NCBI RefSeq assembly: GCF_009914755.1
Contig: NC_060926.1
Direction: 5' to 3' (one strand)
DNA: 64,000 nt
DNA from: the human T2T-CHM13v2.0 reference genome, Homo sapiens
The notes below the pieces were generated by a model. That model worked only from the letters and a program-made list of their open reading frames with translations. It was not told the origin of the DNA and did not search any database. Positions within the stretch are counted from its first letter, which is position 1. Every line of letters begins with the position of its first letter. Shown piece by piece: positions 57,813 through 64,000 of this stretch. A program made the translations under genes and the position numbers.

Positions 57813-59054
57813 GTCTTCTTGCATTCTTCTAATTCTTGTCAATGCTATACTGTAGCAACTCTGCATTCTGATTTTTTCCCCTGATTAAAAAGAAATTTGT
57901 TTGAACTTAAATGGTGGAATCTTTTTTCCCTGTGGGTTTCAGGCCACTGCTGATGTCTCTGCTCAGATTTTTTATTCTGATTTTTATTCTTTATCGAGGC
58001 TAACTAGAGTTCATCACTGTATCAGCATAGCTTAGTGGTCAGCCAATGATTTGAGCAGAGATTTTGCTTAAACACCTTGAGTCCACAGGCATTCACTTAC
58101 CCTTCTGCTGGCCTATCTATCTGTAGATTGAGGAGTGGGTACATTCAAAGTTCAGCTAGTTCTCAAGTGTGCCTTGACTTTTTTCTTTCCACTGGGGCTC
58201 GCTTGGGTTTTCCCTGTGTATGTGTATTGTTTTCTAGTCAGTCAGGGATGGGTGGAGGGCTAATCTAGATCATCTGTGGCTATGGCATTTCTAGGATCTC
58301 CTTGTCTACCTTTTCTCACTGATTGACCCAACTGTGATCAGAAACTCAGGCTAACAGGGTTGTGAGTTTTACCTCTTCATTTCCTACCAAACTTGCTTTT
58401 TTTTTTTTTTTTTTTTTTGACTGACAATGCTGCCATGCTTCCAATGCCTTTTGCTTCCTGTCCCAAGTCTAGTCTGCCCTCTCTGGCAGCAAAGCTTCTG
58501 ATTTTTACAATCTGCCTCACCTTTTTAAGGTTATCATTCTCAGCAACTAAACTGGGAATGGGAGAATGGGAGTGGACCCAGGCAGGAAGACCACAGATTC
58601 CTGAGGTTCTGATCTGAGGTCCCAGCAATTAAAAAAAAAATCAATAAATGCCTCATAATTTATTTCCCTTTGGTCATTTTTCAGGGTCCTGAAATAGTTG
58701 TTTTTGACAATTTTGTCCAGATTATACTTGTTTTGTGAAAAGAGGACTTACCTACCTCTTAATTCTGCTATAGCCAGAAGCCCTGTCTACATGTTTGACA
58801 ATTTTTTAATTGGATGCCAGACATTGTGTATTTACCTTGTTTGTTGCTGGATTTTGTTTTATCTCTGTAACTACGATGGATTTTGTTCTGGTGCACAGCT
58901 GTTACTTGGCTTCATTTGGCTTATTTTGAGGCTTACCTTTAAGCTTTGTTAAGGCAGATCTAGAGCAGCCTTTAGGCGAGAGCTAATTTAACGTTACTGT
59001 TAAGGTGTTGCCCTTTCAAGAACTCTACTCAAGTCCTCATGTACTATGAGTTCT

Positions 59055-60006
59055 TTTTTTTTTTTTTCTTTCAACTTTTAAGTTCCACGGTATATATGCA
59101 GGATGTGCAGGTTTGTTACATAGTAGGTAAACATGTGCCATGGTGGTTTGCTCCACAGATCAACCGTCACCTAGGTATTAAGCACAGCATCCATTAGCTA
59201 TTCTTCCCGATGCTCTCCCTCCACTCACCCCTCCAACAGGCCCCTCCATCTGTTCATGTGTTCTCATCGTTCAGCTCCCACTTACGAGTGAGAACATGCA
59301 GTGTTTGGTTTTCTGTTCCTGCGTTAGTTTGCTGAGGATAACAACTTCCAGCTCTACCCATGTCCCTGTAAAGGCCATGATCGCATTCCTTTTTATATCT
59401 GCAGAGCATTCCATGCTGTTTATGTACCACATTTTCTCCATCTAGTCTTCATCAGTAGGCACTGGGGTGATTCCACGTCTTTGCTATTGTTAATAGTGCT
59501 GCAGTGAAGATATGCATGCATGTATGTTTATAATAGAATGATTTATATTCCTTTGGGTATATATACTCAGTAATGGGATTACTTCTAGATCTTTGAGGAA
59601 TCGCCACAGTGTCTTCCACAATGGTTGAACTAATTTACATTCCCACCAACAGAGTAAAAGCATTCCTTTTTCTCCTCACCCTCGCCAGCATCTGTTGTTT
59701 CTTGACTTTTTAATAATTGCCATTCTGACTGGGTAAGATGGTATCTCATTGTGGTTTGGGGTTGCATTTCTCTAATGATCAGTGATGTTGAGCTTTTTTT
59801 CAGTTTTGTTGGCTGCATGAATGTCTTCTTTTGAGAAGTGTCTGTTCATGTCCTTTGCCTATTTTTAATGTGGTTGTTTTCTTGTAAATTTGTTTAGGTC
59901 CCTTGCAGACTCTGGATATCAGACCTTTGTCAGTTGGATAGATTGCAAAAATTTTCTCCCATTCTATGGGGTGTTTGTTTGCTCTAGTGATAGTTTCTTT
60001 TGCTGC
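59055..60006 (-). mobile_element. L1PA 3' ~950 bp
   Basis: CAACTTTTAAGTT..ATGTGCAGGTTTGTTACATAG; ORF2 C-terminal remnant ([15 protein letters not shown]); TSD TGAGTTCTTTTT at ~59047 and ~60007. Confidence 0.92.
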
Positions 60007-60499
60007 TGAGTTCTTTTTACTCTGAGTAGTAGGAGCATGAACTATTTTAAGATCTATGAATTGTTCTGCCTACTCCTTTCAGTTGGTTCTTTCTCTGGCT
60101 TAGGGTAGATTCTCTACACATGTTATAGATCAATACTCAGCGAGAGACTTGATGAGATTTCTCTGCAGACTTTCGGAGTGCACTCTCTCCCTATGCTGCT
60201 CACATCTTCTCCAATACTCTACTCCACAAATTATAGCCATCTTAATCTTGCCTAGCTAGATCTCTATCTGTGAAATTCATGGAGATCTGTTTGGTTTACC
60301 CCTCCCAGTAATATGAACTAGAAACTGCCTGCAATTGTAGGGCTCACCTTGTTTGTTTCCCTTCTTCCAGGGACTACAGTCTTGTACTACCTGTCTGAAA
60401 TAGTTATTTTATATATTTTGTTCATTTTTTCTCATCTCTTAGGGAAGGAGAGTAGATCTTATCTCTGTTACTCCATTTTGGCTGAAAATAAAAGCTAAA

Positions 60500-60810
60500 G
60501 ATTTTAATTAGGGAAGAGAAGTCAGTTTCTTCATGATTTGAGATTACTGTGGTTGCTTTGTAGATAATGAATTATATGGAAGTAAGATTTGTCAGTTAGG
60601 AGGTTTTAAGTAGTAGTCCAGGGCAGAGATGAATGGTTGCCTGGTCTAAAGAAGTTGTGATTAATGAAAAGCAAAAAAAAAAAAAAAAAAAAAAAAAAAG
60701 GAAAAAGAAGATAGATTGAAATGTGTCTTGGACATAAAATGGATAAGACCTGCTGATTATTTGGATGTAGTAGGCGATGAAGGAAAGTGAGCAGAAAAGG
60801 ATGACCCTGA
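60500..60810 (-). mobile_element. L2 fragment
   Basis: GTAGTCCAGGGCAGAGATGA, GACCTGCTGATTATTTGGATGT, GGATGACCC. Confidence 0.6.
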
Positions 60811-61639
60811 CTAGCCTGAAGCCCAGCCAATTTTTATTTCCTTTAGCCTCTTTTAAACCTGTAACTTGACTTCTTATTCTGCCTTTACCATTCTGTTCTT
60901 TGAGCCCAATTTCCTTCCTTATTTCTTGCTTCCTTCTCTGACAACAGAAAATGCTGAATGGTCAATCCTGTAAATATGGAAGAGAATGTATTAGTTATGT
61001 ATTTGATGGGCATTGAAGCCCCAGTAGAGACAACTGATTCAGTGGCCCATGTCAAATGGCCCCAAAGAGTAGATGAGGACTCAATAGAACCAAATCAGGT
61101 AGGACGTATAGGATCCACTATTATAATCTAATCAGCAAGATTTCAGGCAAGCAAAGATTTAAAATAGGTCCCACTTTAAGGAGTGTTCCAAAAAAGGGAA
61201 GGGTTCTTCCACTGATTGAGGCTTTAGCTGAGGAAAGCTCAGAGCCATGTGGTTGGCCCTATCCTGGGGCTGACAGTCATAGCAAGCATAACTTCCCTAG
61301 ATATGAGGGGTTTTCTTGTTTATCCCAGTAGTCTGTGGCATTTGTGCTCAAAACAAGAGTCACTTCCCCTAAGAAGCGTGGCCTTTAATTACAGGCTTTG
61401 TATTGGGAGATCCCAGAGCATGGAGTACAAGAGGCCGGAGAGATATCTTAAACTTTGTGTCAATGCAGTGAACAAAAACCAGTCACCCTTGAGGACTGGG
61501 CGTGAGTCTGGAGATGGAAATCAGGCTGTTCCTGGGAGTCTCTGGAATTCCTCTGCAGGTCTTAGTGCCACATAGTTTAACATGGCATTATTTTGTGCAT
61601 TATTCTGTAACTGCTTTGTTATGTCTCAGTTTTTAAATC

Positions 61640-62505
61640 CTCAGTTAGTTTCTGAGGGCTGCCACAACAAAGTACCACAAACTGGGTGGCTTAACATAAA
61701 TTTACTGTCTCACAGTTCTGGAGGCTGGAAGTTCAAAATCAAGGTGTCAACAGGGCTATGTTTTTCTTCCATCAGCAAGAAAGACTACTCAGGGACCGGC
61801 ATATTTACTTTATTGGACCAGTTATGTCAAGTCTAAAGCTACATTTTCCTATGAAACCTATGGGGAAGAATTCTGCTTTGACTCATTTAGCTTCTGTGTT
61901 TGCTGGAATCCTTGGCATTCCTTGGCTGATACGTACGTCATTCCAAAGTCTTCCTCTGTTGTCACATAGCTATCTTCTTCCTCTTTGTCTCTGCACCTTT
62001 TCTCCTCTTCTTATAAGGACACCAGTTGGTTATATTGGATTAGGGACTCACCCTACTCCAGTATGACTTGTTCTTAACTAACACATCTTCAGTAACCCTA
62101 TTGTTAAATAAGGTCACATTCCGAGGCACTGGGAGTTAGGACTTTTTTTTTTTTTTTTTTTTTTTTTTGAGACGAAGTCTCGCTCTGTCGCCCAGGCTGG
62201 CGTGCAGTGGCGCGATCTCGGCTCGCTGCAAGCTCCGCCTCCCGGGTTCACGCCATTCTCCTGCCTCAGCCTCCCGAGTAGGTGGGCTACAGGCGCCAGC
62301 CACCACGCCCAGCTAATTTTTTTTTTGTATTTTTAGTAGAGATAGGGTTTCACCGTGTTAGCCAGGATGGTCTCGATCTCCTGACCTCGTGATCCGCCCG
62401 CCTTGGCCTCCCAAAGTGCTGGGATTACAGGGGTGAGCCACCGCGCCCGGCCGGGAGTTAGGACTTTCACATTTCTTTCTGGGAGACACAATTCAACCTA
62501 TAAGG
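61640..62505 (-). mobile_element. MLT1B/C-like MaLR LTR interrupted by an AluY
   Basis: GGCTGCCACAACAAAGTACCACAAACTGGGTGGCTTAA..CACAGTTCTGGAGGCTGGAAGTTCAAAATCAAGGTGTC..ACACAATTCAACCTATAA. Confidence 0.85.
62146..62452 (-). mobile_element. AluY, CpG-rich and young
   Basis: AluY diagnostics, many intact CpGs, pure T tail; perfect TSD GGGAGTTAGGACTTT at 62131-62145 and 62453-62467. Confidence 0.97.
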
Positions 62506-62630
62506 TTGAGGACCGTGTCTCGGACTTTCTTCACATCAAGGAAACTTAGAGCACTGCTAGGCAGTTTTCTGCTTTGGGTAGAACTGAAGGAAAATTAAGG
62601 ACTATGATTTCTTTTAAATAAACAGATTTC

Positions 62631-62806
62631 GGCTGGGCACAGTGGCTCACACCTATAATCCTAGCACTTTGGAAGGTCGAGCCGGGAGGATCTCTTGAGC
62701 CCTGGAGTATGAGGTTACAGTAAACTATGATCAACTCCACTGCACTCCAGTCTGGACAACAGAGTGAGACCCTGTGTCTAAAAAATTAAAATAAATTAAA
62801 ATAAAA
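62631..62806 (+). mobile_element. FRAM-like Alu monomer
   Basis: Single monomer ending CACTGCACTCCAGTCTGG..GAGACCCTG with an A-rich tail. Confidence 0.85.
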
Positions 62807-64000
62807 TGAAACAAATTTTATATAAGGATATAATATGTTTAATTGTAACAGAATAGTACTTTGATATTAACTGATATAAGTTCCCTATGATTCTTTTTAT
62901 TTATCTTACAGCCCTTCCCTCATTCTTGAGATATAGATTGTCTTAGGAAAGGTTGTTGCAGAAAAATCGGAGAACAAAAGAGTGAAATTTTACCTTTTGA
63001 GTTTTAAAAGCTTAGGTCCAGAAAGAAGGCAAAAACATTAAGAATAATACTTGATTAATCAAAGATAGTTCTTTCTCCCTCCTTTCTATCTGAGATTAGA
63101 TAAAGTGTCCAGAACTGGGGGAGGAATAAGAGGAGCATCTGAGAGAAAGCAGGACCAGTTTTTTGTTCCTCAGCAGGGGTCATATGGCTTGCCCCCAGGT
63201 CAATTCCTGAGGAGTATGAAGGAAGCAAGATCTTCCCCAGATGGGAATAGGGATTTAGGAGAAGAGGAAGATTATATCTTGCTTTCAGGGAAGTTTTAAT
63301 ACTTGTAGAATTTTCCTGTCCAGGTAGGATAGAAGCAGAGTTGAGTGTTTCCTCTATCTCTGAGAGGGGCACAGAAGTACTCAAGGTAGAGCCAGCCTGG
63401 AGAGACCTAGTGGTCAGGAGCAAGAGGCTGAGAAGGGCTCTGGGACCAAGGCCCAGCTAAATGATGGACATCTCAACACATGCAGTTACAGAGAGATGAC
63501 GGTGCCTCCCTTCCTATGCCATAAACTCATGTAATCCCAAAGATAGGTCCCTGGATTGACTCACTAGGTTTCTACTACTATATGGAATGAGGCTCATAAA
63601 GTAAATTATGTTTGGTTATTAAAAAATAAAGTTAATTTCTTTCAATCCTTAATTTGTGACCTGAGATTTATTTCAACTCCATAAAGAAAATGATCATTCT
63701 ACACTTGCAAGCTGCCTCATATTTCTAGGTGGCCAGTGGGAACTGAAACTGTTCTCTGGGCAGCCAAGTGTAACATCAGCATTTTCCCAGACTACAGAAG
63801 TTATTTCTGTACCATGTTACCCATGTTACCCATTATTCTGAAGCAATCGATGTGTTAAAATGGTAGAATAGTCTTTGAAAGGCTCAGTTATCACACTAGC
63901 TGGGTGGCAACACCTTGTGGGACTGGGTCAAGGTCCTTCAGGTTGTGGTTAATGTTCTAAATCAATATCCATTCTATAGTGCTATTTCTACCATGGCAAG

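Noticed and set aside
60980-61600. Possible LTR or exon (108-aa ORF at 61249-61575)
   Set aside because: No recognisable family motifs, splice structure or protein similarity.

Overview
Primate (human-like) genomic DNA, mostly interspersed repeats: many Alu, L1, L2, MIR and MaLR/ERV LTR copies, and at least seven DNA transposons. I find no intact protein-coding gene, RNA gene or CpG island; the ORF-track entries are repeat or low-complexity artefacts. There are two gene-derived relics. (1) A full-length but disrupted vomeronasal type-1 receptor (V1R/VN1R-family) pseudogene at 7591-8527. It sits with ~390 bp of upstream DNA inside a Tigger3-family DNA transposon whose two ends (6110 and 8646) are both present, which looks like gene capture by a DNA transposon (Pack-TIR-like). 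This is the most interesting signal in the window. (2) A 5'-truncated processed pseudogene of an unidentified mRNA on the minus strand (~20566-22850) with polyA, AATAAA, a candidate TSD and a decayed C-terminal reading frame. Other structure includes a ~340-bp tandem duplication of an Alu plus its L1 flank, an internal L1 ORF1/ORF2 fragment lacking a 3' end, two young AluY insertions with perfect TSDs and long pyrimidine tracts. Repeat subfamily names come from my recollection of consensus sequences, not from a database search, and most boundaries are approximate.
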